A stretch of DNA of 64,000 nucleotides from Eledone cirrhosa (GCA_964016885.1 OZ024743.1:50654001-50718000), one strand, 5' to 3'. Shown: positions 12,045 through 29,079, counted from the first letter of the stretch. The notes: generated from the sequence alone by a model not told the origin. Program-made: numbers and translations.

Positions 12045-15000
12045 CTGACACCGGGTACCTGACACGTGACACATGGAACCTGGCACCTGACATTTTAAGA
12101 CATGATATCTAACAATATCTCACACCTCACACCTCACATGTAACACCTGACACCTCACACCTCAAACCTGACATCAAAACACCTGACACCTGACACCTGA
12201 CATCTAACATCTAACACCTGACCCCTGACACCTGACATCTAACACCTGACACCTGACATCTGGCACCTGACACCTGACACCTGACCTCTAACACCTGACA
12301 TCTAACACCTGAAATCTGACATCTAACACCTGACCCCTGACACCTGACATCTAACACCTGACACCTGACACCTGACACCTGACATCTAACATCTGACATC
12401 TAACACCTGACACCTGACACCTGACACCTGACATCTAACAACTGACACCTGACATCTAACACCTGACACCTGACACCTGACACCTGACATCTAACATCTG
12501 ACATCTAACACCTGACACCTGACATCTGACACCTGAGATCTAACATCTGACACCTGACATCAAACACCTGACACCTGACATCTAACACCTGACATCTAAC
12601 ACCTGAAATCTGACATCTAACACCTGACCCCTGACACCTGACATCTAACACCTGACACCTGACATCTGGCACCTGACACCTGACACCTGACCTCTTATAC
12701 CTGACACCTGACATCAAACACCTGACATCTGACATCTAACACCTGACACCTGACATCTAACACCTGACATCTGACATCTAACATCTGACACCTGACACCT
12801 GATACCTGACACCTGACATCTAACACCTGACATCTGACACCTGACATCTGACACCTGACATCTGACATCTAGCACCTGACATCTAACACCTGACACCTGA
12901 CACCTGACACTTGATACCTGACATCTGACACCCGACATCTAACACCTGACACCTGACACCTGACACCTGACACCTGACATCTAACAACTGACACCTGACA
13001 TCTAACACCTGACATCTAACACCTGATACCTGATACCTGACACCTGACACCTTACACCTGACATCTAACATCTGACATCTAACACCTGACACCTGACATC
13101 AAACACCTGACATCTGACATCTAACACCTGACATCTAACACCTAACACCTGACATCTAACACCTGACATCTGACATCTAACATCTGACACCTGACACCTG
13201 ATACCTGACACTTGATATCTGACATCTGACACCCGACACCTAACACCTGACACCTGACATCAAACACCTGACATCTGACATCTAACACCTGACATCTAAC
13301 ACCTGACACCTGACATCTAACACCTGACATCTGACATCTAACATCTGACACCTGACACCTGATTCCTGACACCTGACATCTGACATCTAACATCTGACAT
13401 CTAACACCTGATACCTGATACCTGACACCTGACACCTGACACCTGACACCTGACACCTGACACCTGACATCTAACATCTGACATCTAACACCTGATACCT
13501 GACACCTGACATCTGACATCTAACAACTGACACCTGACATCTAACATCTGACACCTGACACCTGATTCCTGACACCTGACATCTGACATCTAACATCTGA
13601 CATCTAACACCTGATACCTGATACCTGACACCTGACACCTGACACCTGACATCTAACATCTGACATCTAACACCTGATACCTGATACCTGACACCTGACA
13701 CCTGACACCTGACACCTGACATTTAACACCTGACATCTAACAACTGACACCTGACACCTGACACCTGACACCTGACATCTAACATCTGACATCTAACACC
13801 TGACACCTGATACCTGGCACCTGACACCTGACATCTAACACCTGATACCTGATACCTGACACCTGACACCTGACACCTGACATCTAACATCTGACATCTA
13901 ACACCTGATACCTGATACCTGACACCTGACACCTGACACCTGACACCTGACATTTAACACCTGACATCTAACACCTGACATCTAACAACTGACACCTGAC
14001 ACCTGACACCTGACACCTGACATCTAACATCTGACATCTGACACCTGATACCTGACACCTGACACCTGACACCTGACACCTGATACCTGATACCTGACAC
14101 CTGACATCTGACACCTGATACCTGACACCTGACACCTGACACCTGACACCTGACACCTGACACCTGACATCTAACATCTGACATCTAACACCTGATACCT
14201 GACACCTGACACCTGACACCTGACACCTGACACCTGACATCTAACATCTGACATCTAACACCTGATACCTGATACCTGACACCTGACACCTGACACCTGA
14301 CACCTGACATTTAACACCTGACATCTAACATCTGACATCTAACACCTGACACCTGACACCTGACACCTGACACCTGACACCTGACACCTGACATCTAACA
14401 TCTGACATCTAACACCTGACACCTGATACCTGGCACCTGACACCTGACATCTAACACCTGATACTTGATACCTGACACCTGACACCTGACACCTGACATC
14501 TAACATCTGACATCTAACACCTGATACCTGATACCTGACACCTGACACCTGACACCTGACATTTAACACCTGACATCTAACACCTGACATCTAACAACTG
14601 ACACCTGACACCTGACACCTGACACCTGACATCTAACACCTGACACCTGACATCTAACATCTGACATCTGACACCTGATACCTGACACCTGACACCTGAC
14701 ATCTAACACCTGATACCTGATACCTGATACCTGACACCTGACATCTGACACCTGATACCTGACACCTGACACCTGACACCTGACACCTGACACCTGACAC
14801 CTGACATCTAACATCTGACATCTAACACCTGATACCTGACACCTGACACCTGACACCTGACACCTGACACCTGACATCTAACATCTGACATCTAACACCT
14901 GATACCTGATACCTGACACCTGACACCTGACACCTGACACCTGACATTTAACACCTGACATCTAACATCTGACATCTAACACCTGACACCTGATACCTGG

Positions 15001-16215
15001 CACCTGACACCTGACATCTAACACCTGACATCTAACACCTGATACCTGATACCTGACACCTGACACCTGACACCTGACACCTGACATTTAACACCTGACA
15101 TCTAACATCTGACATCTAACACCTGACACCTGATACCTGGCACCTGACACCTGACATCTAACACCTGACATCTAACACCTGATACCTGATACCTGACACC
15201 TGACACCTGACACCTGATACCTGACACCTGACACCTGACACCTGACATCTAACATCTGACATCTAACACCTGATACCTGATACCTGACACCTGACACCTG
15301 ACACCTGATACCTGACACCTGACACCTGACACCTGACACCTGACACCTGACACCTGACATCTAACATCTGACATCTAACACCTGATACCTGACACCTGAC
15401 ACCTGACACCTGACACCTGACACCTGACACCTGACATCTAACATCTGACATCTAACACCTGATACCTGATACCTGACACCTGACACCTGACACCTGACAC
15501 CTGACATTTAACACCTGACATCTAACATCTGACATCTAACACCTGACACCTGATACCTGGCACCTGACACCTGACATCTAACACCTGACATCTAACACCT
15601 GATACCTGATACCTGACACCTGACACCTGACACCTGATACCTGACACCTGACACCTGACACCTGACATCTAACATCTGACATCTAACACCTGATACCTGA
15701 TACCTGACACCTGACACCTGACACCTGATACCTGACACCTGACACCTGACACCTGACATCTAACATCTGACATCTAACACCTGATACCTGACACCTGACA
15801 CCTGACACCTGACACCTGACACCTGACACCTGACATCTAACATCTGACATCTAACACCTGATACCTGATACCTGACACCTGACACCTGACACCTGATACC
15901 TGACACCTGACACCTGACACCTGACATCTAACATCTGACATCTAACACCTGATACCTGACACCTGACACCTGACACCTGACACCTGACACCTGACACCTG
16001 ACATCTAACATCTGACATCTAACACCTGATACCTGATACCTGACACCTGACACCTGACACCTGACACCTGACACCTGACACCTGACACCTGACATCTAAC
16101 ACCTGACATCTAACACCTGATACCTGACACCTGACACCTGACACCTGATACCTGACACCTGACACCTGAGATCTAACACCTGACACCTGACATCTAACAC
16201 GTGACACCTGACATG
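12045..16215. repeat. ~4.2-kb heptamer satellite (ACACCTG/ACATCTA/ATACCTG variants)
   Basis: Direct reading; shorter copy at 17620-18460. Confidence 0.97.
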
Positions 16216-16247
16216 ATCCGAATGTATTTCAAATAATCTTTCCTATT

Positions 16248-16927
16248 CACTCACTATTCCACCAACCTACCCTCCACTCACTATTCCACCAACCTACCCT
16301 CCACTCACTATTCCACCAACCTACCCTCCACTCACTATTCCACCAACCTACCCTCCACTCACTATTCCACCAACCTACCCCCCACTCACTATTCCACCAA
16401 CCTACCCTCCACTCACTATTCCACCAACCTACCCTCCACTCACTATTCCACCAACCTACCCTCCACTCACTATTCCACCAACCTACCTTCCACTCACTAT
16501 TCCACCCACCTACCCTCCACTCACTATTCCACCAACCTACCCTCCACTCACTATTCCACCAACCTACCTTCCACTCACTATTCCACCCACCTACCCTCCA
16601 CTCACTATTCCACCAACCTACCCTCCACTCACTATTCCACCAACCTACCCTCCACTCACTATTCCACCAACCTACCTTCCACTCACTATTCCACCCACCT
16701 ACCCTCCACTCACTATTCCACCAACCTACCCTCCACTCACTATTCCACCAACCTACCCTCCACTCACTATTCCACCAACCTACCTTCCACTCACTATTCC
16801 ACCCACCTACCCTCCACTCACTATTCCACCAACCTACCCTCCACTCACTATTCCACCAACCTACCCCCCATTCACTATTCCTCCAACCTACCCTCCACTC
16901 ACTATTCCATCAACCTACCCTCCACTT
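16248..16927. repeat. 27-bp minisatellite CACTCACTATTCCACCAACCTACCCTC (~25 copies)
   Basis: Direct reading; ~8 copies at 18492-18710. Confidence 0.95.
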
Positions 16928-18819
16928 GACATAATATATATGTTTATGCAATAAACTCTGTCACGTGACATAATATATATGTTTATGCAATAAACTCTGT
17001 CACTTGAGCCATTCTATCCACATAAAACAGAAAGAACTTTCGAACACGAATCAGATGCGAGACAAATCACAAACCCTCCATCTCAATCATACTTTTGAAA
17101 AACATAGAACTGTGAAACCAGTAAAGAAAATAAATGAATATTCTTAAAAAGACTCCAGCTGCATTTTCGATTTCTTTTCCTAAAATATATATATGGGTGT
17201 GCTGAATAGTTCATAGGCTGACTATGAAGGAGTGATGCAAGAGCTGTAAAATCTTGCATGCATTAATGACAACATTCGTCATCATCGTGTTATCAAGTAC
17301 CTACAGAAAAGGGGTTTATACCCCGAGGACATTCATGCTCACAAGATTAGGGGATGACGCTAGAGATTTATCAACTGTACTAATGTGGACTATATTTTAC
17401 AACAATTAGTTTACAAAACACTGTAATGTGGACTATATTTTACAACAATTAGTTGGAAGCAGGTCAGGTAAGAAAAGACAGAGAATGAGAAGCAAAGAGA
17501 GAAGAAAGGAAGAGTAGCGTTCTTCTCTCTGTAATCGCCGTGTCGGTATTTCATACTGTGTAAAGACACCTATAAACATTTACTCATATTGTTTGTTTTT
17601 AAAGACACTGACTTCATTACCTGACACCGGGTACCTGACACGTGACACATGGAACCTGGCACCTGACATTTTAAGACATGATATCTAACAATATCTCACA
17701 CCTCACACCTGACATGGAACACCTGACACCTCACACCTCAAACTTGACATCAAAACACCTGACACCTCACACCTGACATCTAACAACTGACACCTGACAT
17801 CAAACACCTGACAACTTAAAACTGACATCTAACACCTGACACCTGACACCTGACATCTAACACCTGACATCTAACACCTGAAATCTGACATCTAACACCT
17901 GACCCCTGACACCTGACATCTAACACCTGACACCTAACATCTGGCACCTGACACCTGATACCTGACCTCTAACACCTGACACCTGACATCAAACACCTGA
18001 CATCTGACATCTAACACCTGACATCTAACACCTGACACCTGACATCTAACACCTGACATCTGACATCTAACATCTGACACCTGATACCTGATACCTGACA
18101 CCTGACACCTGACATCTAACACCTGACATCTGACACCTGACATCTGACACCTGAGATCTGACATCTAGCACCCGACATCTAACACCTGACACCTGATACC
18201 TGACACTTGATACCTGACATCTGACACCCGACATCTAACACCTGACACCTGACACCTGACATCTAACATCTGACATCTGACATCTAACACCTGATACCTG
18301 ATACCTGACACCTGACATCTAACAACTGACACCTGACATCTAACACCTGACAGCTAACACCTGATACCTGATACCTGACACCTGATACCTGAGATCTAAC
18401 ACCTGACACCTGACATCTAACACGTGACACCTGACATCTAACACGTGACACCTGACATGATCCGAATGTATTTCAAATAATCTTTCCTATTCACTCACTA
18501 TTCCACCAACCTACCCTCCACTCACTATTCCACCAACCTACCCTCCACTCACTATTCCACCAACCTACCCTCCACTCACTATTCCACCAACCTACTCCCC
18601 ACTCACTATTCCACCAACCTACCCTCCACTCACTATTCCATCAACCTACCCCCACTCACTATTCCACCAACCTACCCTCCACTCACTATTCCATCAACCT
18701 ATCCTCCACTTGACATAATATATATGTTTATGCAATAGGTCAAAACATTGACATATAACTCTGTCACGTGTTCCAGTCGGCTTAGGTCATTCTGGGGCAC
18801 CACCATGATATATAACTCT

Positions 18820-18955
18820 GTTACGGCCCTTTATGTTCTGAGTTCAAATCGCGCCAAGGTTAACTTTGCCTTTCATCCTTACGGGGTCGATAAAATAAAG
18901 TACCAGTAATGTACTGGGATAATTGCTGGCCTTGTGCCAAAAGTAGAAACAATAA
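18820..18955 (+). mobile_element. SINE family A, 5'-truncated
   Basis: B-box plus conserved body. Confidence 0.85.
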
Positions 18956-19324
18956 TTTGTTTCACTGTTTCACTGTGACAGTCATCAACCAATCAAATTA
19001 CACTTATAAAAAAACAATAATTTGAGCCACATTTTTTAAGGCAAATACAACACGAACAGGCGCGACATTTATTGTACTTATTCACGTGACAGTGATCAAC
19101 CAACCAAAATACTTTTTTTTAAACCCCAGCAACTTGAGCCATTCTATCCACATAAAACAGAAAGAACTTTCGAACACGAATCAGATGCGAGACAAATCAC
19201 AAACCCTCCATCTCAATCATACTTTTGAAAAACATAGAACTGTGAAACCAGTAAAGAAAATAAATGAATATTCTTAAAAAGACTCCAGCTGCATTTTCGA
19301 TTTCTTTTCCTAAAATATATATAT

Positions 19325-19790
19325 GGGTGTGCTGAATAGTTCATAGGCTGACTATGAAGGAGTGATGCAAGAGCTGTAAAATCTTGCATGCATTAATTTC
19401 AACTGTTTGCATAGTTTCTTTCCTTGAAATTGGACAACATTCGTCATCATCGTGTTATCAAGTACCTACAGAAAAGGGGTTTATACCCCGAGGACATTCA
19501 TGCTCACAAGATTAGGGGATGACGCTAGAGATTTATCAACTGTACTAATGTGGGCAGGTGAATTTAGGAGGAGATGGAAGAGTGTTAAAGATAACCCAAA
19601 TTTGGACGTCGTGTGCCACCATTGAGGTTAACATTAATACCACAAGGTGGTGGATGACAGCCGATTGACTGTAAATCAAATAACCATTGCTATCAGCATA
19701 CCTTATGGGAGAGTTGAGAATAGTCTACACAATGAACTTGGCGAATGTTTCTCTTCGGTGGCTGCCAGGTCTTCTCACACACGATCAAAC
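19325..19790 (+). mobile_element. Mariner transposon 5' remnant (shorter duplicate at 17195-17385)
   Basis: Frameshifted HRVIKYLQKRGL.PEDIH, STV..WAGEF, ERVEN.LHNELG, RWLPGLLT (WVP..L motif); starts after TA. Confidence 0.75.
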
Positions 19791-20024
19791 TATATTTTCA
19801 TGTGTTTGTTCTATGTATAATATATATATATATATAATGTATGTATGTATACTTTTACTTTTACCTATTCCAGCCATCCGGCTGAGGCCATGGTGGGGCA
19901 TATATACATATATGTATGCATATGTTTATGTAATTACATACATATATATATATGTGTGTGTTTGAATGCGTGTAGCTTCATTACTCGTTGTAGTAACGTG
20001 TATTATATATATATATATATATAT

Positions 20025-20384
20025 AAAGAAAAAGAGATGAAATCGAAAATGCAACTGGAGTCTTATTTTTTTTTTAAATATATATATTTATTTGGTTCCT
20101 TTACTGGTTTCGCAGTTCTTCTGCTTTTCAAAAGGTGAGTTGAGATGGAGGGTCTGTGGTTTTTCTCACAGATGTGAGAAAAACCACAGACCCTCCATCT
20201 CAACTTACCTTTTGAAAAGCAGAAGAACTGCGAAACCGGTAAAGGAACCAAATAAATATATATATATTTTTTTTAAAAATAAGACTCCAGCGCATTTTCG
20301 ATTTCATCTCTTTTTCTTTATACTTTCACTCGTGTAGGACACCTCGGTTATTTTTCATTTTGTAAAAAAAACCTCACTTTCTAA
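20025..20384. mobile_element. Fold-back HHR element (family F3, U3-A8 core) in (TA)n
   Basis: Palindrome ~20025-20321 centred ~20171; CCTT-TTGAAAA-GCAG/CTGC-GAAA-CCGG-TA-AAGG at ~20208-20245. Confidence 0.8.
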
Positions 20385-20405
20385 TATATATATATATATA
20401 TATAT

Positions 20406-20910
20406 TATTTGCTAAACCTTGTTTATATTTGTTCTGGCTCGTTAATTTATTAACCTGCCATTGAACCACACTGGCATTTGGTTGGACAATACATGCGTAC
20501 CTTAGCGCCTTGTGCGTGAAGGAACACATATCCTATTACTACTATCTCCTCTAAGTTGAGAACAAATTTGGTCGCTCCGACTGCTGCTAGTGATAGCTGC
20601 GGCTGGTTTGACCTACCTCCTTCTGCCTCTATCTTTACTTCGGCCCTTGATAAACCTGTTTCTACATCATCCACTCTCATCCCAGGAACAGTTTTGATAG
20701 CGCTAGTTCGTAATTTAAATTCAGGAATCTTATATTCTTTGAATGAAAAGAACCTTCTGACGAGAATCTTTCTTTGCAACGAAGGCCGTATGGTCTCCGT
20801 TTTATTTTTGGGATTCGAAACCGATCGGTAAAGGTAACTATCGTAGGTAAAGTCAATTTTTTAAAATTTATTTTGAAACTTTTTCATTATTTGCTAAACC
20901 TTGTTTATAT
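20406..20910 (+). mobile_element. 482-bp HHR monomer with terminal direct repeats (family R1)
   Basis: TATTTGCTAAACCTTGTTTATAT at 20406 and 20888; HHR at 20752-20835. Confidence 0.8.
20752..20835 (+). ncRNA. Type I HHR, intact core
   Basis: ACCTT-CTGACGA-GAATCT...GGATTC-GAAA-CCGATCGG-TA-AAGGT. Confidence 0.85.
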
Positions 20911-20917
20911 ATATATA

Positions 20918-21651
20918 TATACAATAAAGTATGTCCAAAATATCATTTGATAAAATATATACATTATTTCCTCTCTCAATCAGCATAATCAACCATACAA
21001 AAAACTAATTAAACAAGGCTATAAGATTAAAAGGTACCTATGAAGAAATAATAGATAAATAAACGACAGCTATCTATCCGCGATGAACAGCAATAGAATA
21101 TTTACCTACCATTTCTAATAGCACGTGGAAATCGATTAAATATACCGTCAACCATACACAATTAGGTATAAAATCAAAGTTAGAAGAAAAAATGTATATA
21201 AACATATCAAAATTATGTTTCTACCCCATGAATTTTCATTCGCTTTTTGGAAATATCCGATCAAGGATAAATTCACGAGTTTAGAAATCATCAGACTCAC
21301 TTGGACGAAGATTTTTCCTAAATGATCCCTGCCAGAAACGAATTCAAAATGGCTAAGAATTGTGACGTGGCAGTGGTCAAGTCAGAAAGAATGTGATTGT
21401 TGCTTTACGGCGAGTGGGCTGGTTGCTAGAAAGCAGCCTAATACTGCCTAAATTGCATCTCAACCATATGGGAGATTATCAAATATAAAGATTTACATAT
21501 ACATAAACTAGACAAAGTCATATATAAATATATATGTGTTTTTGGCAACCATTCACGATGTGGCTCAATGACGAATTAATTAATTAAATAATCAACAATC
21601 TGAGCAATATACAATAAAGTATGTCCAAAGAATCATTTGATAAAATATATA
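20918..21651. repeat. ~690-bp unit with ~45-bp terminal direct repeats between (TA)n tracts
   Basis: TATACAATAAAGTATGTCCAAA..ATCATTTGATAAAATATATAC at ~20918 and ~21608. Confidence 0.65.
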
Positions 21652-21923
<272 letters not shown>

Positions 21924-22092
21924 ACGTACATACATATATGTATACAGACGTACAATAGCATGCATATATATATATATATATATACATACAGGTACACATA
22001 CATATATGTATGTACGTATACATACATACTTACATTTAAGTAAGTGCCGTACTAAGAGTGAGAAATGAAATTTCGTTTTCATTCTATTACAA

Positions 22093-22170
<78 letters not shown>

Positions 22171-22172
<2 letters not shown>

Positions 22173-22238
22173 TATGTATACGTACATACATATATGTATA
22201 TAGACTTACAGTAGTATGTATATATATATACATACATG

Positions 22239-22284
<46 letters not shown>

Positions 22285-23372
22285 GATGGATTTACCGAAC
22301 ATTTATTATAATGCTCGCTGTGGTTGTAAACAAACATCCCGAATTAAGCCGTACAGTGTTTAGCAACCATCGTTTCCCTTTTGTTCAACACTGACAATGG
22401 AACGACGTACTAGTTTCAAGCTTATTAGCTATCGTCAGCACCGTATACCTTCCTGCCAGATGATTGAACGTCTGAAAGTATATACGTCTGAAAGTATATG
22501 CATATTAACAGCTGAGCAGCCTAATTTGCATAGCGAGTGAGTTAATGGGCGGGGCGCACCGAAAACGATAAATGGAAAAATGTGAAACGAAATTTCATTT
22601 CTCACTCTTAGTACGGCTGTTACTTAAATATAAGTATGTGTGCGTACATACATATATGTATACAAATGTACAGTAGTATGTATATATATATACATACATG
22701 CACACATATATATGTATGTATGGATTTACCGAACATTTATTATAATGCTCGGTGTGTTTGTAAACAAACATCCCGAATTAAGCCGTACAGTGTTTAGCAA
22801 CCATCGTTGCCCTTTTGTTCAACACTGACAATGGAACGACGTACTAGTTTCAAGCTTATTAGCTATTGTCAGCACCGTATACCTTCCTGCCAGATGATTG
22901 AACGTCTGAAAGTATATACTTTCCTTATGCATATTAACAGCTGAGCAGCCTAATTTGCATATCGAGTGAGTTAATGGGCGGGGCGTACCGAAAACGATAA
23001 ACGGAAAAAATGAAACGAAATTTCATTTCTCACTCTTAGTACGGCTGTTACTTAAATATAAGTATGTGTACGTACATACATATATGTATACAGACGTATA
23101 CAAACGGAAACAATGAAAGGAACGATGTACTAGTTTCAAGCTTATTAGCTATCGTCAGCACCGTATACCTTCCTGCCAGATGATTGAACGTTTGAAAGTA
23201 TATACTTTCCTTACGCATATTAACGACTGAGCAGCCTAATTTGCATATCGAGTGTACTGTACGTCTGTATACATATACTACTGTACGTCTGTATACATAT
23301 ATGTTTGTACGTATACATACTTATATTTAAGTAACAGCCGTACTTAGAGTGAGAAATGAAATTTCGTTTCAT
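22171..23372 (-). mobile_element. Head-to-tail array of ~434-bp HHR-bearing units with an inverted terminal segment (family R2)
   Basis: HHR at 22403-22443, 22837-22877 and 23123-23163 (minus CGGTG-CTGACGA-TAGCT/AGCTT-GAAA-CTAG-TA-CGTCG); inverted piece 23255-23372. Confidence 0.8.
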
Positions 23373-23382
23373 ATTTTAATAA

Positions 23383-25435
<2,053 letters not shown>

Positions 25436-25478
25436 TTCAAAATATTAACAAAATAGATATTCTTGTGATCAATTATAT

Positions 25479-25540
25479 TTTATTATACATATTTCAGACA
25501 TACTGAATTAAGTTCGACAGTACGTCCTCATCAGATAAAA
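25479..25540 (-). ncRNA. Type I HHR (family F2), intact
   Basis: Minus TTTTAT-CTGATGA-GGACGTACTG/CAGTATGTCT-GAAA-TATGTA-TA-ATAAAA. Confidence 0.8.
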
Positions 25541-25716
25541 TAAAATGATACATGACATACCCTGACATGATAGATGATAAGATTTACCCTGACATGATAA
25601 GATTTAATCAAGGTAGTGATTAACTTATGACAAAACTCAATATGTATACCCTAATAAATTGTAAATCTATTGTAAAACTCATTCCTTGATGTATTCATTG
25701 AATCTTGTTTAACTCT

Positions 25717-25792
<76 letters not shown>

Positions 25793-25795
<3 letters not shown>

Positions 25796-26155
25796 GATAT
25801 TAATCAATGGAAACTATATTTATAAAACCATATTTATTTCATTATACATATTTCAGGGATACCACATTAAATTATGGTATGCCTTCATCAGACAAAATAC
25901 AATATATAACAGTTTTACAAATAGGTTTGACGTACCCTTTAAAATACAACCATTACTTTTGGAGGCTGTCTGGATGAAGGCATACCATAATTTAATGTGG
26001 TATCCCTGAAATATGTATAATGAAATAAATATGGTTTTATAAATATAGTTTCCATTTATTAATATCGTATATCTACTCCAAAAATTTGTCGAGTGCTTTA
26101 TATCAGTTATAAAAATATTTATTTGTTGTATCCCAACAACTTTAAATAGAACTTT

Positions 26156-26160
<5 letters not shown>
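25793..26160. mobile_element. Fold-back HHR element (family F1)
   Basis: Arms ~25793-25895 and ~25967-26070; minus HHR intact, plus copy has a 1-nt insertion (CTGGATGA). Confidence 0.8.
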
Positions 26161-26220
<60 letters not shown>

Positions 26221-26224
<4 letters not shown>

Positions 26225-26575
26225 AAAAAGAGATGAAATCGAAAATGCAACTGAAGTCTTATTTTTTTTTTTAAATATATATATTTATTTGGTTCCTTTA
26301 CCGGTTTCGCAGTTCTTCTGCTTTTCAAAAGGTGAGTTGAGATGGAGGGTCTGTGGTTTTTCTCACGTGAGAAAAACCACAGACCCTCCATCTCAACTCA
26401 CCTTTTGAAAAGCAGAAGAACTGCGAAACCGGTAAAGGAACCAAATAAATATATATTTTTTTTTTTTAAATAAGACTTCAGTTGCATTTTCGATTTCATC
26501 TCTTTTTCTTTATACTTTCACTCGTGTAGGACACCTCGGTTATTTTTCAATTTGTAAAAAAAACCTCACTTTCTA
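26221..26575. mobile_element. Fold-back HHR element (family F3)
   Basis: Palindrome centred on CACGTG 26364-26369; nearly identical to 20025-20384. Confidence 0.85.
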
Positions 26576-26644
26576 ATATATATATATATATATATATATT
26601 AATTCAAAATATTAATAAATATAAACATTCATGTAATCAAATAT

Positions 26645-26708
26645 ATTTTATTATATATATTTCGGAGGTACTGTGCTGTTTCCTCAGTACGCCCTCATCA
26701 GATAAAAT
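26645..26708 (-). ncRNA. Type I HHR (family F2)
   Basis: Minus TTTTAT-CTGATGA-GGGCGTACTG/CAGTACCTCC-GAAA-TATATA-TA-ATAAAA. Confidence 0.75.
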
Positions 26709-27119
26709 ATATAAATTGATGTATGACATACCTCAACGGTCTTGATAGTTCAATTCCAGTCTTATATATATACAGTAAAAAATAGAACGGGAACAAAACA
26801 GAGAGGCAGTACAAACAAAGGTTTATTAGTTTCACGCTCTTGAGAGTGGGGGGGGGGTCGACATTTGGGGCATAAGCCCTTCTTCAGGCGAAAAGCCGGT
26901 GGGAAGATAATTCCGATGGGGTGTGGGGGCGTGGAGGAGAGACATTTAGAAAAAAAAGGGAGGCTAAGAAAGGGAGGAAAAACGGTGGAAGGGGTACAAA
27001 TAAAAATTTAAAAAAATAAAAATAAAAATAAACATGAAGATAAACAAGTGGTGGAAAGATGTGGGGCGTGTAGGGGTGGTGGCGGGTGGAGTGGGGAATG
27101 GGAGGCGGGGTGTCAGATA

Positions 27120-27306
27120 ACTGTTTTTATTTTAGGCACAAGGCCAGCAATTAACCAGTACATTACTGGTACTTTATTTTATCGACCCCGTAAGGATGAA
27201 AGGCAAAGTTAACCTCGGCGGGATTTGAACTTAGATCATAAAGGGACGTAACTCTATGCTTCAAAGCACGGTGTCCGACTCTCTACCGATACTGCCAAAC
27301 CACCAC
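27120..27306 (-). mobile_element. SINE family A
   Basis: Full-length match to the consensus. Confidence 0.85.
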
Positions 27307-27362
27307 AATGTTAGTGAAGCCATTAGAAAGATGGAAGTCAAGGACATTGTTATCTGAGAGAA

Positions 27363-27407
27363 CGACTACTACTACTACTACTACCACTACTACTACTACT
27401 ACCACTA

Positions 27408-27444
<37 letters not shown>

Positions 27445-27627
27445 AACTACTACAACTAGAACTACTACTACAACTACTACAACTAGAACTACTACTACAA
27501 CTACTACTACTACTGCTATTAATAATAATAATAATAATAACACTACTACTACTACTACTACTACTACTACCACTACTACCACTAATACTAATACTACTAC
27601 CATTACCACTAATACTACTACAACTAG

Positions 27628-27672
<45 letters not shown>

Positions 27673-27693
27673 CACTAATACTACTACTACCAT

Positions 27694-27735
<42 letters not shown>

Positions 27736-27842
27736 CACTAATACTACTACTACCATCACTACTACTACTACTACTACTACTATTACTTCTACTACTACTA
27801 CTACTACTGCTGCTCCTACTACTACTACTATTACTACTACCA

Positions 27843-27873
<31 letters not shown>

Positions 27874-27994
27874 CACTACTACTATTACCACTACTACCCC
27901 TACTACTAGCACTACCACAACCACTACTACCACTACTACTACTAATACTACTACTATTACTACTACTACTACTACTACCACTACTATTTCCACG

Positions 27995-28036
<42 letters not shown>

Positions 28037-28107
28037 TCTACTTCCCTAACAACTACTACTACTACTACTAATACTAATACTACTACTACCGCTACTACTA
28101 CTTCCAA

Positions 28108-28149
<42 letters not shown>

Positions 28150-28373
28150 AACTATTACTACTACTACTACCACTACTACTACTATTACTACTATTACTAC
28201 TACCACCCCTACTACTACTACTACTACCACTGATACTACTACTCCCACTACTAATACTACTGCTGCTAGAACTACTACTACTACTACTACTATTACTACT
28301 ACCACCACCACTACTACTACTACAACTACTACCATTACTAGTACTACTACCACTGCTACTACTACTGCTACTG

Positions 28374-28407
<34 letters not shown>

Positions 28408-28476
28408 CACTACGACTACTACTACTACTACTACTACTACTACCACTACTCCCACTTCTACCACCACTACCACTAA

Positions 28477-28518
<42 letters not shown>

Positions 28519-28605
28519 CACTACTACTACAACTACTACCACTACTACTACTACTATTACAACTACTACTACTACCACATCCACTACTACTAGCACTAAC
28601 ACTAT

Positions 28606-28650
<45 letters not shown>

Positions 28651-28752
28651 TACTACTACTACTGCCACCACTACTACTACTACTACCACTACTACTACTG
28701 CCGGTACTACTACTACTATTACTACTACTACTACTACTACTACCACTACTGT

Positions 28753-28803
<51 letters not shown>

Positions 28804-28824
28804 CATTACCACTACTACAACTAG

Positions 28825-28856
<32 letters not shown>

Positions 28857-29039
28857 CCACTACTGCTGCTGCAGCTGCTACTACTACTACAACCACTACT
28901 ACTACAACTACTACTACTACTGCGGCTGCAGCTGCTACTACTACTACTACTACCATTACCACTACTACTACTACAACTTCTACTACTACTACTACTACTT
29001 CTACTACTACTACTACTACTGCTGCTCCTACTACTACTA

Positions 29040-29079
<40 letters not shown>

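Larger units (their letters stand above)
11839..19550. repeat. Local tandem segmental duplication (~11839-17385 and ~17415-19550)
   Basis: Near-identical unique leader, 7-mer array, spacer, 27-mer array and mariner fragment in both copies. Confidence 0.85.

Noticed and set aside
16248-16927. CRISPR-like 27-bp repeats
   Set aside because: Contiguous repeats without spacers
12045-18460. Cys-rich SGVRCQV ORFs
   Set aside because: Translation of a heptamer satellite with frequent stops
27307-27362. Possible minus-strand micro-exon after TTCTCTCAG
   Set aside because: Too short and unsupported without RNA-seq
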